This document shows, piece after piece, positions 12,251 to 25,347 of a stretch of 64,000 nt of DNA. The stretch is taken from assembly GCF_009834535.1 (NCBI RefSeq), contig NC_045696.1:52454001-52518000 (forward strand), written 5' to 3'. The notes beneath the pieces are model-generated. The model ran no database searches. It was given only the letters and a program-made list of their open reading frames with translations, and was not told where the DNA came from. A program made the translations under genes and the position numbers. Within the stretch, counting starts at the first letter, position 1. Every line of letters begins with the position of its first letter. This DNA comes from Camelus ferus. Lineage: Eukaryota.

Positions 12251-13239
12251 AGATGTTATAAGGCTTTCAAGTGGCATAACACATTTTTAGGTGAAAGCCA
12301 TTTCCATCTAGAGTTTTTAGTAGAAGGAGTTTAAACATTGCATAGGAGGTTAATTAGACAAATTTTAAGGATCCTTTCAGCCTGACACCTTCACAAAATT
12401 TACCTAAGAGCTAGTAAAAATAAGGGTGAGATTCTGGAGTCAGAGAACAGTACTCTTGAAGGAGAAAAGAACATTGACTGTTGAAAGGAAATCTATTTGA
12501 AAACTTGAAGTTTTGATGGATTTCATAGACTAGAATAGAAGGGTGACTATTTCTCTAGGCTCTTGTAAAAGGAGATTTTTGTTTTGTTTCTGGAAGCTGT
12601 AATGATCTTTTATTTCATGGAATCAATTTTTTTTTGACTAGATAGTATTTTAGGAAAATATCTAGTTTGTGGGATGGTGCAGCTAATGACTAAGCTGAGC
12701 TGAATTGGATTGGTTCGGTAAGAACACAGAATATGGAAACAAAATTTTTTCTCAGTTTTTCTGAAAAATGTATTAATTATATCCTGTCCTTTTGAATTTT
12801 GAGTAGAAGTCTGATTATACTTCTGGGGTTTTAGACTGACAATAAATCCTGGCATAGAGGAGGAGTTCACTAAGAGGAGGGAGTATGTTAGTAAACGTGG
12901 CCATAGGGGCTCAGAATGGGAAACAATCCATGTATTAGGTAGAGTAAATTCAGTCAGCAGCAGTTCTGATAGCGGCCCAGGATTGAACAAGGGAGGATTA
13001 GATTGGGCATAGGTTTACAGCAATGTGGATTAGAGTTTCAGATAAAAGACTAGACAAGATTTAGGGTCAAGTTAACCAGATCAGGGCAATGGAAATCAGG
13101 AAAGGCAAAACCAAAGAGATACCAAAGAGAACTCAAAGATGAGACGAAACCTTCTAGATAAACCAGGCTTTTTCATTTTGACTGGTTGCCCAAGTTTCTG
13201 AGGTAGAGCCATGTATCAGGTAACTCTATGGCCCTCACA

Positions 13240-13790
13240 TTATTAAGTTTCCATTTACTCAGTTTGTGTAACATCTTCATGAGTTTTGGTATATTCAAGT
13301 AGCACTATATGATTATCTACTTAATATATTTTCTTGTATAGATTGACTTTTAAAAATCTTAAACCTTAAGTATATCTCCTTTAAAAGGGAAATTTTTATC
13401 ACTATTTAAATGTGGAAAACTTTTCACTATAAAAAGAAGGTAACTAGAAATATAAATGTAATGGGAACAATGTTAATTAAATTGTAACTAATTATTCTTG
13501 CCTGCATTTTTCCAGACTCTGATATTGATATCCACTACCTCTTAAATAAATGGGAGATTAATTAGTGTTGGATCACTGATCGACTAGTACCAAGTTGAGT
13601 CTTCCTCTCTAATCACAAGAGCTAAAGGAAAACAAAAAAAGACATGATAATTCTTTTTCACTATTTGATTCAATACTATTAATTGCCTGTTCCAGGCATG
13701 ATGTGAAACCTTCTCACAAGCCACCCCAAATTATCTCATTTACAACTCAAATTCATTTTAAATGGCAAATTTGGGGAAATACTACTCTAA
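13240..13790. mobile_element. hAT-Charlie (Charlie4-like) DNA transposon remnant
   Basis: AT-rich body with tacttaatatattttc, agaaggtaac, gggagattaa, ctatttgattcaat and a tttggggaaatact terminus. Confidence 0.5.
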
Positions 13791-14169
13791 AATAAAATTT
13801 CTAAAATATGGACAACAATTTCCAAAACCTAGTATATAAACTTCTGCTGGTATATCAAAGGATTGCTGATGGTCCAGATTGAAATAAATTAATAAGGAAA
13901 ATATGTGAATTTTTCTTAATTTTAAATTCATTCATTCAATATATGTTATTATGAAATTACATTTTATTTTTTAATGTTAAAATATTTATTCATATGAAAT
14001 CAAGATAATGACAGAGGATGAATTTTTTTTTCTAATTTTATATTAAAAACATATAAAGGCATATCCTTTCCTATTTTGAGAAAACTTTTTTATGATTGGT
14101 CAACACCACAATTTTGGAAGCCCCAGGTCTAGACTTTTATGTTTAAAAGACTGTAGATTCCCTACTTAT

Positions 14170-14526
14170 TCTTGTGCCCCTTTTGCTCTACCAGCTTAGA
14201 AAGTTATCTGTCCTCAAGGTTTTCTTCTTGGTTCAAAATGACTGCTAAGCTCAGCTATCATATTCAAGTTTCAGGTTGGAGAAAGAAGAAAAAAGTGAAC
14301 ATATAAAACTGGTGCTTCATGATTCATGTCCTTTTAAGTTGCCTTTCTGGTTGTCCACACAACACTTCTGCTTGCATCTCATTGGCCTAATCACCTGGCT
14401 ACAACCAGGTGTATAGTATGCTTGGAAATATCTTTTGACTTAGTTTCCATACAAATAGAATCAGATTTCTTTTACTAAGGATGAAGAGGAAAATAGATAC
14501 TGAGTGGCAACTGGTGTCTAACCACA
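14170..14526 (-). mobile_element. Old MLT1 (J/K-like) LTR
   Basis: caaaatgactgct, acttctgcttgcatctcattggcc, and a terminal ggcaactggtgtctaaccaca. Confidence 0.65.
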
Positions 14527-14529
14527 CCA

Positions 14530-14800
14530 TCTTTTAATTCTAGCTCAAGTCACATTCTTCTTTTCCTGAAACATAATCTCTTATAGACTCTCTCATCTGA
14601 AATGTCTTTATTAAGTAGGATTCCTTTGGTTTTTATCACATTCTACTTTCCTTGGCTTCTTGTCTTTTCTAACCAACTCTGAGTGTGGGAGTCATTTTCA
14701 TACCTCTAGATCTACATGCAGTACTAGCACAACATCTTACATATGGTTGATTCTTAATAAACTTTTGTTGATTTATTTTTATTAAGGTATAAAGAATGAG
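14530..14800 (+). mobile_element. L2 3' fragment
   Basis: Pyrimidine-rich body and an actagcacaac...aataaacttttgttga tail. Confidence 0.5.
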
Positions 14801-16929
14801 TATAATGGCAGAGTTGGGAGGATACCAAAGTAAACCTCAACTCTCTGCACCAATGTACCTGTCTTCTCCCCAAAGATTTTCTAGGGTTGACCCAGCCTGT
14901 ACTTCTCAAAATCATCTGGTAGGCCATCTCTCCTACCCACACCATGTTTAACTTTGCAGGGCTACTTCCCCTCATGTAAAACTTCCTTTCAAACTTCATT
15001 TTTTGCGGTTTATGACTAAGAGAAAACTTCTCAGGAGTGAAGATAGTTCTCTGTGAAGCAAGACTTGGCAGCCATCCAACTTCCCTGGGCAGAAATCCAC
15101 ACTACAAACTGTGAGTATCCAAATTGGCAAGAATTCTCTGGATTCAGCAAAAAGGACACTACCTGGACAGACAGCAGAATTTGAAGTCCAAATCTCCTTT
15201 CCTGCTTGAGTGACTCCCTAAAACTCTTTGCTAGTGAGGATGCACTCTGTATATCCCACTAACTCTAGACAGTTCATGTCCTGGGCTCTCCAATCAAAGA
15301 AGTATTATCCTAGATCCTTTTCCCAGGGTTATATTTTGAAAAAGAAAAAAATTAAAAAGAGAGCCTTTGTTTCTCAGTCACCTGCAAGAATATCACTACA
15401 GCCTAAGAGAAGAAAAACATGTCTAATTTCCTGTAATTATCACCATATATTTACATATATTAAAGATTAACACTAGACTAAATAGTGAGGCTATCTGTGT
15501 GTGTGTGTATGTACAAATCAGTATGTAGAATATATCTGGTAAATTTTTTGTGTCTTTGTGGGGGTCTTTACTTCTAAATGTTTTAACCTAGCTAGCCTTT
15601 GTTACTTGGAAAGAATAACTGAAAAAAAAGGACTTTGTCAGATAAATATATGAATCTGTGAAGGTCACAGTGAAATAAAGTCATGAAATAAAATATCCAA
15701 GACAACTGAGTAATACCCTTTGCAGACCTTCTAAGAGACAGCTGAAATTTCCAGAGAAAATACATTAGGGTCAGAAATCAATGATGCAGCTGTTAAAACT
15801 AATCTCAGCTATGTTCTTCTTTCAGGCAGCTTGGAAATGTAGCTACTGTGGTGTAAGCAGAGAAATCAGTGATTCCTAACCTGAGAGGTTTTGTGAAATG
15901 TGCTATCTTTACTGCCTAAACTAAAATTAGAGCATTTGAAATGTAAAGAGATGATTTTTTGCTTATCTGGATCATCAAAGGAGAGCAGGCAAAGTAATTT
16001 TCAAGTAAACACTTTCTTAACATCTTTAGGCTTTGGTTTCTTCACCTATAAAATGAGAGAATTGGTCCAGGATATCTCAGGGGCTTATTTCAGCTCCATG
16101 CGTCATGGTTCTACAGAATCAGAGGAGTAGAATCAAAGCAGTAGATTGACTTCATGCCAAGTTTGATGAAATTTCTGACACCCTTAGTAAGATTCTCCTG
16201 TCTGAACCAACACAATCACGTTGAACACTGATTACATTATGCGTCCTACCCTTCCCCATTTTCTCATAAACATGGGTCATTGCAAACAATTTTCCTAAGG
16301 TTTAGACTGTGGTTTGGTTGAATTCTTACTGACTCATTTGGATGCTGTATCATTATCTAATTTTGTTCGTTGCTTTCTTAATCAGGTGTTTCTATGGAAC
16401 GACAGTCTCCAGAATGTAAAAAGCAAACCATTAGGCAAGGCAAGAAGTAGAAAACAGGTGCACCATGCTCAGCACTGCTAACTTAATATAGCAGAAAACT
16501 ATAATCAGGTTTCTGGGGGCACCCAGCCCTACCTATCAAAGCCTGGGTGAAGTTATTGCTTCTCCCTCATAACTTAATCACTCACCTTCATTCTCAATAC
16601 ATATGAAGCAATAACAACATCAGTACCATTGCTCCTTCAGGCTATTACAACACCCATGGCTTGCATTTTCTGATTGCTTCAGACTTCAGTGAAAATGGCA
16701 CAAATTACTTGCTTAGTGCCCTCTCCTTTTCTCTTCTACTTCCTTCACAAGAAAATTGTGACTTTCTTTTTAATTAGATGAATAATCTTAAATGGCTTCA
16801 CTTCCTTTATCTACTTTTGCTCATTTATCCCACTGCTCTCGAAATATCCCTGAAAATAGCATATTTCTTTTTAAACAGTGAATGCGTATTCACAGTATTC
16901 TTTCATAGACATCTTTCTAACTATCCAAA

Positions 16930-17950
16930 AATTCGATTAACAAATATTTATTAAGCACCTACCACATATGCTAAAACAAGTAAGTCATGTTCCCCTAAGC
17001 TCACTGTCTAGGGAGACCTGTAGACATGGAAACTGAAAAATACAAATAGCTGTGTATTAGCTATGTCAGAGGTAACTACATAATGTATGGGAGCAAATAG
17101 GAGAGAAGCAGAAGTCAGAGCAGTAGGACAGGGTCAAAAAAGCTTCTCAGAGGCAAAAAACACCAGCAGCAGTGAGTTTTGAAGAACAATTGTGTGTTAA
17201 ACATTGAAGATCACTGGAAAATAAAGTTTGGAGTCGGGGTAAGGGGAATGGCAAGAAATGAGAGTGACATGGTACACAGGGCCCATGACATGGGTGCTTC
17301 AGTAGATGTGATGAACTTAATGAGCACTGTGATGAAATTAAATGATTTTAAATAAGAGAATAACATGATCAAATGTGCATTTTAGTGATACCACACTGAA
17401 TGTAAGGAGGAGTCCAGAACAAAGAGCAGAGCTAGGCACGTAGTAGGCCCCTGGGAAGTTTTTGTTGAATGAGTTAATGAACGAATGAATGAAATGTGTC
17501 AGGACGAAAATGGATGCAGATATGGATAAATCTGGAGCAGGGCATCCTGAAAGGCTATTGTAATGATTTGGAATAATAATGCTGAGCACAGGGAGAAGAG
17601 GATGATTTGAAAACAATTAAGGAAGTATAATTGATAGAACTTGGTGATTTTTTTATATAGGTGGGCAAAGAGTAATAAGGAATTCAAGATGACCACCAAG
17701 TTTATGAATTAGAGAGTTGGATAGAGAAGTCCATGCTATTCACTTAGGTAGAAAACCCAGAAGGTGAAACAAATAATGGAGGAGAGGATGGAGATGAATC
17801 ATTCAAATTTGGACAAGTTGGATTTGAGATGCAGTATAAGTTGAAATATTCAGTTGGATGTTTAAATCAGGAACTCAGGAGATAAGTGTAAATTGAAGAT
17901 GCAGATTTGAGAATTATCAGTGAATAAGTAATAATTAAAGTCATAGAACC
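16930..17950 (-). mobile_element. L2 fragment, with an opposite-strand L2 tail at ~17425-17495
   Basis: caaatatttattaagcacctacc tail and purine-rich L2 motifs (tttggacaagttggatttgagatg). Confidence 0.7.
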
Positions 17951-20900
17951 TAACATGAAGGCCTAAGTGAGATAAAATTGAGCCAAATATGAAGACTTGA
18001 GAATAATAGTCACTCTGATGGATTTTTATTACTTCCCCATTAGTTGTGAATTGCTCTTCTGTTCATTGAGTTAGCTAAAATATAGTGATAAAAATTTAGG
18101 ATTCTAAAATACAAATTTTATAATGAGCCTGACCAGCAATGATACACTAAAGAAAAAGAGTGAATGACAAGGAAAATAATCCGTATGGGTAAGTAGGAAG
18201 ATAATGACAGCGGTGGACAATTTAAGAAAATTGATTCGAAAGATTTTGGGGTATGTAACTCAGGGGAACATATACCTTAGGGCTCATTTGTCACTGAGCT
18301 GGAATTATATGTAGAGTATAACAAGGTGCAGTATCCCTGAGAACTCGGACAAAGATTTGGCTAACTAGCTAACTAGCCTGAGAATGAAAGAGGTTAGATT
18401 TATAAAATTCGCTGTTCTGAATTATGCTTTGAGTTGCAATGAGTTGCCTGGATGCCATGGCTAGTTTACCTATGTGATATTCCTCACCCTAGAGGAAGGC
18501 AGACTTTTTATATAGCATGGTTAATAAAAAAGCCATATGCTAACACACTATCTCACAGGCTATAGAGTATGAAATAGGACTGTGACCCCAAAATAAGTTT
18601 GTTTCCTTGGATATTTATGGTAGAATTCCCCAGAAGGTCTTCTGGACGGTTTGGTATTGTAATATTGTCTAGGGTTTCACTAACCTTTGAGTTAAGAGAT
18701 TTTTTTTCCAAATTTATATCATTTTGGTTGATACTAATGCTTATTTGCACCTGTTCTTTCCTTAATGGGAATAGAAAATAACCACTCACTATCAGTCCTA
18801 CATCATCCAGTAAATATCTCCAAAATTAACCAAATGTTCCAACATTTTTTTCTGTAAGACATAATCTCAGCTCCTTTGGGGTTTCATACTGGTACTCATT
18901 CCTCTAATCTGGAATCATTTTTGTTTCTGTCATCTTGAATTTCTTCAAGGATCCCTTATCACACTTGTAGCACTAAATTTTGAACATTTCTCCCACTGAA
19001 GACTCACAAATATTAAACACAGAAAGGAGATTCAAATCTAATCCGATATACTATGTTTCAGTCTTCTAAAGCCTAGTAGTTTCGTTCACAACATTTCATT
19101 GCTGAGTCATATTTAGCTTGTGCTGAAGATAGCATTCTAACCTAGTCAGTCTTGGGAAATAAAACCTTGTTTCCCATGGCACCTAAGTCAACCTTGATAT
19201 CAATTTTGTATTAAGTATGTGAAAATAATGAAAGACATTAAGTGGTGAAGATACTGACATTTAAAGAATACAATTGTGTTTAGATTTTTTTTAGATAGAC
19301 TCTTACACAAATGGGGAAAAATTTTTAAATGAATATAAAGAGGACAGGGACATTTGAAGATGAGACATTGTAGAAGTGGAATGAACTAGTGTGTTTTAAT
19401 GAAGAATGTTGAGAGAGCAAATTTAATCATCCTCAGTCCATTCTCTACTAGTTCTTCCTCAGGGATCCCATTCAAAGCTTCTATTCCCTTTCCTTTCCTC
19501 CTCTTCAGCCCCCATTCTCCTTTCCCTCTCTCCCATCCCATCTTTCTCCCTTCTGCCTTCATCCTGCCTCTTCTTTTTCTTTTCTCCTTTTCCTCATTAC
19601 TGAGGTCCACAATAGAGAATATAGAAAACTTGCCAGTCTACACACAAGTGTAAGGAATAAATAAAGGCAGGGATAAACAGGAGATAAAATAACTGGGAAA
19701 CATGCCAAATAAATTCCACTATTCAATACAGTTAATCCAGTTCAACAATAATTTATAAACCACCTCCTACATACAAGGCATCATAGTAAGCACTAGGGAC
19801 ACAAAGGTGGAAAGTAACATGTCATTGTATTAAGGGGTATTCCAGCATATTTAGTTCAGAAATTTATTGACTCTTTTCTTTTTGCTGAAGAGAACTGTCA
19901 TTTTTTCCACTTTTAATTTACTGTTTACTAAGGAGTTACTAAATGTAGCAGCATTTGAAGACTAAGTAATGAAAATCTTGTATGGATGATGGTTTGCTGT
20001 TTTGTTACCTGGCACAATAAGTGTTCATCAGGGGATTTCTTTATGTGCCCATCACAACCATGATATTTAAGACTCTAGCATTATACCATTATTTAATTTC
20101 ATCCACCTGGAATCAAGCACAGAAAGAAAACTAAGTCCAAAGGCTTCCCTTTTTGTCTTTATTGTAAATGTGTTAAAAAATATCTCGTAGTGAAGTTTCT
20201 AAATTGAAAGCTCCAGGCTGGTTTTGCTGTGTTTGGACACCTTTCCACTGCATCAGAGGGAGAGCTGGTGAGGGTGGTGGTGCTAATCAGAGATTTCTTC
20301 CCTCAACTCTCTTTTCTTCCCTTTCAATTCCTTTCTTAAGCATCTCTGACTCTGAACTATGGCTAGGTACTATACTCCAGAGGCATTCTCTGACTCTGCC
20401 CTTTTTAACCTAATCTCAGACAAATCGAGGACCACCAATGGCATCTGAAGGCATAAAGTATATAAATTATGTAAGTTTCACAGTGTCTGTTAATTTCCAC
20501 AGACAATTTTTGAATTTAATTATTTGTAATCACAGTTAAAACATGAACTTTATTTAAGGAGTCAAAGAATATATGACTTAAAAAAAATAGAGCAACTTTC
20601 CTGCTTTGCCAGGAAATTCAACACTTTCCCTTGAAATATACCTCTATATCTCTAATGTACCTAAATTGCTGCTTTTTTTTTTTTCTTTCCAGTTTTCAGT
20701 TTTAGCCATTATCTATTGATTGAATGCTAGGAAGTAAGTCTTCAGCTGTCTTCCGTCTCTGCTCCGTACCACCTTTGCAGTTTGGGGATGGGTCATGGTA
20801 TAATTCTTCATAGTAAAGATGAAAGAAAAGTCTACTGGAAAGTGTGTTAGACATCACAGGTCGTTCCTCGGATTCTGTCAGGTCACCTCTTTGTTCTGGA

Positions 20901-20959
20901 CATTGCTATAAGCAGATGTTCATCTAAGTATAGTTCACAACACTTTGTCTCTGTGAATT

Positions 20960-21342
20960 TCTTATTTTCTGCCTTGGACCATCTCTGTACCTCGCTGTGA
21001 GACACGTTGAGAGTATCCTCAGACATATCCATGCATTCATAGAATGGAAGCACAACAGAGTTAACATCCTGGGTCAACCCTGTCTAATGGGGAACAGGAG
21101 CTGGTAAACAAATGTTCCCTTCTTCTGTGTCTTGGACTGCTAACCCTGAAGGGCAGTGTACCTGGTTCTTCAGAGGACTCTGAAGCCACAATTGCCTATG
21201 GTGGTAGCCACCTGAATAATGCACCTTTGCATTGACTTTCCCTCTTCCCTTGCTTCACTCATCCTAGCCCCTCTCCCCGAAAAACTACCTCTGTGCAGGC
21301 TCTTGGTCTAGGTTCTGTGTTTTGGGGAAACTTGGGCTACTA
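20960..21342 (+). mobile_element. LTR16-like ERVL LTR
   Basis: aatggggaacaggagctgg, ttgcctatggtggtagcc, aaactacct...ggttctgtgttttggggaaac. Confidence 0.65.
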
Positions 21343-21344
21343 TA

Positions 21345-21660
21345 CGGCTTTCAGGAAAGATGATTCTCCCTGATTAAAAAGGGAGAGATCCATAAGGAGA
21401 AGTATCCTCCCTTTCTTCTCACTTTTGGATATTGTGTTGAGAATATGATGCTTAGAGCTATGAAAAGAGAGGTCAGAGAATCACAAAAGAGGGAATCCAC
21501 AAAGAATCACAGAGGAGAAGCTCTGATATTGTTAAGCTGCCTAATTAACCAATTCTGGAACTGCCTTCTTTTGGACTTCTTGTTATATGAAACAATAGTG
21601 CTTTTAAAGTGTAGCTATCTAGGAATTTTTTTAATTGTAGCTGAAAGTATACCAACACAA
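21345..21660 (+). mobile_element. Old MLT1 3' part
   Basis: ggacttcttgttatatga...ttgtagctgaaagtataccaacaca terminus. Confidence 0.6.
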
Positions 21661-21854
21661 ATTGCAATCTGTCTTGGTTTTATGCTTGTCCTGGTAAGTA
21701 CGGAAAGCAGCTTCTTCTCATGTCCTGACCTTTGCACATGCTATTCCTTCTACCTGAAATGGTTTCCTATTTCATTCCATTTCTTCCTCCTCTTTCTCTT
21801 CTCAGCAATCTAATTCTCATTCTTCTTTCAAGATTCAACTCAAGATCTACACTA

Positions 21855-22324
21855 TTTTTTTTAATTGAAGTATAGTCAGTTTACAATGTTGTGTCTGTTT
21901 CTGGTGTACAGCCTAATGTTTCAGTCATACATATACACACATATATTTATTTTCATGTTCTTTTTCATTATAGGTTGCTACAAGATACTGAATATAGTTC
22001 CCTGTGCTATACAGAATAAACTTATTGTTTATCTATTTTATATATATTAGTTATTATCTGCAAATCTCAAACTCCCTATTTATCCCTTCCCAACCCCATC
22101 CCCCACTGGTAACCATAAGTTTGTTCTCTATGTTTGTGAATCTGTTTTTTGTTTTGTAAATAAGTTCACTTGTCTTTTTTTTAGATTCCGCATATAAGTG
22201 CTATCATATGGCATTTTTATTTCTCTTTCTGGCTTACTTCCCTTAGAATGACTATCTCCAGGTCCATCCATGTTGCTGCAAATAACATTATTTTATTCTT
22301 TTCTGTGGCTGAGTAGTATTCCAT

Positions 22325-22330
<6 letters not shown>
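21855..22330 (-). mobile_element. Camelid-type L1 3' end (5'-truncated)
   Basis: Poly(T), ttgaagtatagtcagtttacaatg, and ttctggcttacttc...tccatccatgttgctgcaaat (ORF2 end). Confidence 0.92.

Positions 22331-22376
<46 letters not shown>
22325..22376. repeat. (TG)5(TA)15(CA)6 compound microsatellite
   Basis: Direct reading; 22325-22374 is self-complementary. Confidence 0.95.
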
Positions 22377-22380
<4 letters not shown>

Positions 22381-22859
22381 GGTAATATGGACAGAGTCAA
22401 GGTCATTTGGTCCAGTACTCCTATTTCATAGAAAACAAAATAGGTTGTATATGTATAGCAAATAATTCCTACTATATAAAAAATTATTAAGATACTCTAT
22501 AAAATAAATGAATAAGATTAAATTGCCCTTACGATTCCTTTCAAAAAAACCCTAAAATTATATTATTTACTTTTTCTTAAATTAAAAAAAAAAAATGCCA
22601 AATACTTGCAGAGCAAGTCCAAGAGTCAAGTTTTCTTGACATTTAATCTTTTTAAAAAATATCCTATGTCATCTTGTTCAGTGGACACAGGAATAGATAT
22701 CATTACTGAACTTGATGCAAGACAACTGTGAGCAGAACCTATGGGTAAATAACAAGACTATTAAAAACAGAATAATGTGCTGATTATCAAGCTGTTAATT
22801 TTCATATTCAAACTTAATCTTTTAGACTCTGTTCTTGCTGTATCGGGACCCTGCAGGCC

Positions 22860-23390
22860 ATGTTGCTGCTTTGCCACCTGAATCCCATGAGGGAGAGACT
22901 GGAAGGCAGGAGTAGGGGAAGAAAATGGTGATGCATCTTTCTGTCACTTTTCTGTTCCTGTTACTGTCATATCAGCCATGGTTGCTGGCCCAGTAGCAGT
23001 GGTCCATTCCACTGCAGTTTGTTTCAGTTTTTCAGTTTTTTTCCCCATACTCTCATACTCAGCCTTCTTCCTCACGAATGTCTGTTCCAGGTGAGTCTCA
23101 GCTCCATAGGGACTCTTTTCTGAGACTTGAGTCAGCATCAGCCAGGAAGTGTTTCTTCCTCAGGATTCTGGACCTCAGCATTGCAGGGCCATTCTCCAAA
23201 CTTCTCTGGCCTAATAACCCATTTCCCTTTGTCACTCCAGCCCTAGGGGGAGTAGTCATTCTGCAGTTATCTCAGTGTTCTCTTTTTACATTTTTTTTAG
23301 TTCTCCAATACCTGTTTAAGTAAATCCCTGTATTAAATTCTCCCTATTAAAATAACTGCTATGGTTTCTATTTTTTTAACCAGCCCCATG
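22860..23390 (+). mobile_element. Old LTR (LTR33/LTR78/LTR79-like)
   Basis: gggagagactggaaggcaggag, ccagccctagggg, and attaaattctccctattaaaataact...ggtttct at the 3' end. Confidence 0.55.
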
Positions 23391-23909
23391 GTATGAGACA
23401 TAAATGAATTTACCATAAAACATATATACCTATATGTTTAAATAAATTTAATTCTATACATTAATAGAAAGCAAATGTCTTAACATCTATAAGCATGTTT
23501 TCTTTATGTTAAATCATTGTGAGCTCTCAAGAGCTTCTTGATAACAGTGATAATCTTATTAATTTATGTATTTGTTTACCTAGTGCAGTGTATGAGCCCT
23601 AGTAGATATGTTGCTGAATGAATGAATGAATAAATGAGAAGATCTGGCTAAAATGATTCCAATGTAAAAGAAGGACTAACACCTGAAGCTACAGCTAGCT
23701 CAGTGGGAATTTAACCCTAGCTGTTGGAAAGCAGATCACCTCTGACAGAAAAGTACTGTGGCGTTGTCTGTGACATAACCCTTTGATTTTTACATCAGTT
23801 TGAAAAATAGGTTTATTTACTACTCAAAGAGGCTAAACTTGGAAACAAATGTCTAGTCACAGGGAGTTGAAACATGTTAAGATCATAAAAATCACAAGTA
23901 TTCATTATG

Positions 23910-24130
23910 GATGTCCCTACTCTGCCTGCATGATACTAATCATTTTGCATATATTACCTCTAATTTCCCCACAAAATCTTACTGGTTAGTAATATATTAC
24001 TCACTTTACAAGTTAAGAAACACTCTTATAGCCTAAGCAAACTTCCCAGGACCACATAGCTAGTTAATAACTAAGCTATGATTTAAACCAAAATTTTTAC
24101 TCCAAAGACCATTTTCTTTTGCCATGTCAT
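23910..24130 (-). mobile_element. MIR
   Basis: cactttacaagttaagaaac...cccaggaccacatagctagttaa...atttaaacc. Confidence 0.6.
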
Positions 24131-24764
24131 CCCAGGGCCTAAGATTTCAGCTTGTTAAATTGAGATGGAGAAAGAAAAGCTTGTATGTAGTGTTTGTATA
24201 TCAAGAGGAATAAGAGATTATTGTGGGCCAAGTATGAGAAACAACAGGTTTAAAAAAACTGAAAGTTTGAATTTTTTTCTTCAAATGCCAGTAAAAGAAA
24301 ATCATACTTTTCTTGTACTTTCTTAATGATCATTAAGTATAGTTTAATCTACCCCTATCCCAGTGATAGGCTTCAGTGAGAGTGTTCCCCTGAATTTGAA
24401 TCCAATTCCGTGTTGAAATTTGACTAAGATTTAGCCTTGATTATCATGTGTCAAAGATCCTTGGGGCTTTTTGTTTTAGGGGTAGTGGTTTTACCTTCTC
24501 TGTCTCTCTGTCTAAGATGATAAACTCTTTGTCAGCATTAGAGAGTTACCTCTATTAGCCATCAGTCTTATTGTTAAAACCCTGATCTTAGTTTTGTTTT
24601 GTTTTGTTTTTTATTTTTCTCTCTCCTTATAGTGAAGGCCAGTTCACTTTATGAGATAAATCAGGTGAAACTACTGATCTTGTCAGGACTAAATTCCCAA
24701 TCTGGCCAATGCTAGGAAGTTTCCCAGTGTGCATTTCTGCTGAATTTCTTTCTTTTTTTCCCAC

Positions 24765-24967
24765 ACATAATTTCTTTTATTTCTGTAAAATCAGTCATAA
24801 TGTCCTCACTTGCATTTCTGATTTTTGGAGTTTGTCTCCTCCCTTTTTCTTATTCCACCTAGCTAAAGTTTTGTCAACTTTGTTGATCTAGTCACAGAAC
24901 CAACTTTTGATTTCATTGATCTTTACTATTTTTCTGTTCTCTATTTCATTTATCTCTGCTCTAATCT
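24765..24967 (-). mobile_element. Old L1 ORF2 fragment (resumes briefly at ~25348-25375)
   Basis: ctagctaaagttttgtcaactttgttgatc...aaccaacttttgatttcattgatc is the reverse complement of the L1 ORF2 INKIDK-LARL region. Confidence 0.8.
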
Positions 24968-25347
24968 TTTTTTTTTCTTTTTTAGTTTTGCTATGTAGAA
25001 TTATTACAGTTTGATGGCACATATACATTACATTGCATGGAAATACATATATACAGTATACTGCACATTTTTTTTAGTTTACATATATGTACTGGTGATT
25101 GCTTCTAAGAACCGATTAGAGCTTTAGCTTTTTAAACTTACATAGTTATCAAAGGAATAAAGCCAACCACAAAATGAGAATGAACAGAATGAGGTAATTC
25201 AATCATAAAGGACAGTCAAATATGCTTACACATATTTAAGAAATCAATCATCTAAGTTATAAATAATAAGTAGTTCATTTGTGTCCTTTTTTTTAAGATT
25301 CCACATATAAGGAATATCATATGACATTTTTCTTTCTCTTTCTGGCT
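24968..25347 (-). mobile_element. Poly(A)-tailed retro-insertion: ~85 nt of L1 ORF2-end/3' UTR start fused to ~290 nt of unassigned sequence
   Basis: 25265-25347 matches the L1 copies at 22150-22235 and 26904-26980. The rest does not match them. T-run at left. Confidence 0.6.

Noticed and set aside
15021..15110. Open frame ending at CT|GTGAGT donor (ENFSGVKIVLCEARLG...)
   Set aside because: Weak acceptor and unrecognised peptide; consistent with chance.
18553..18789. 78-aa - strand ORF with internal AG/GT pair
   Set aside because: No recognisable protein; AT-rich composition explains it.
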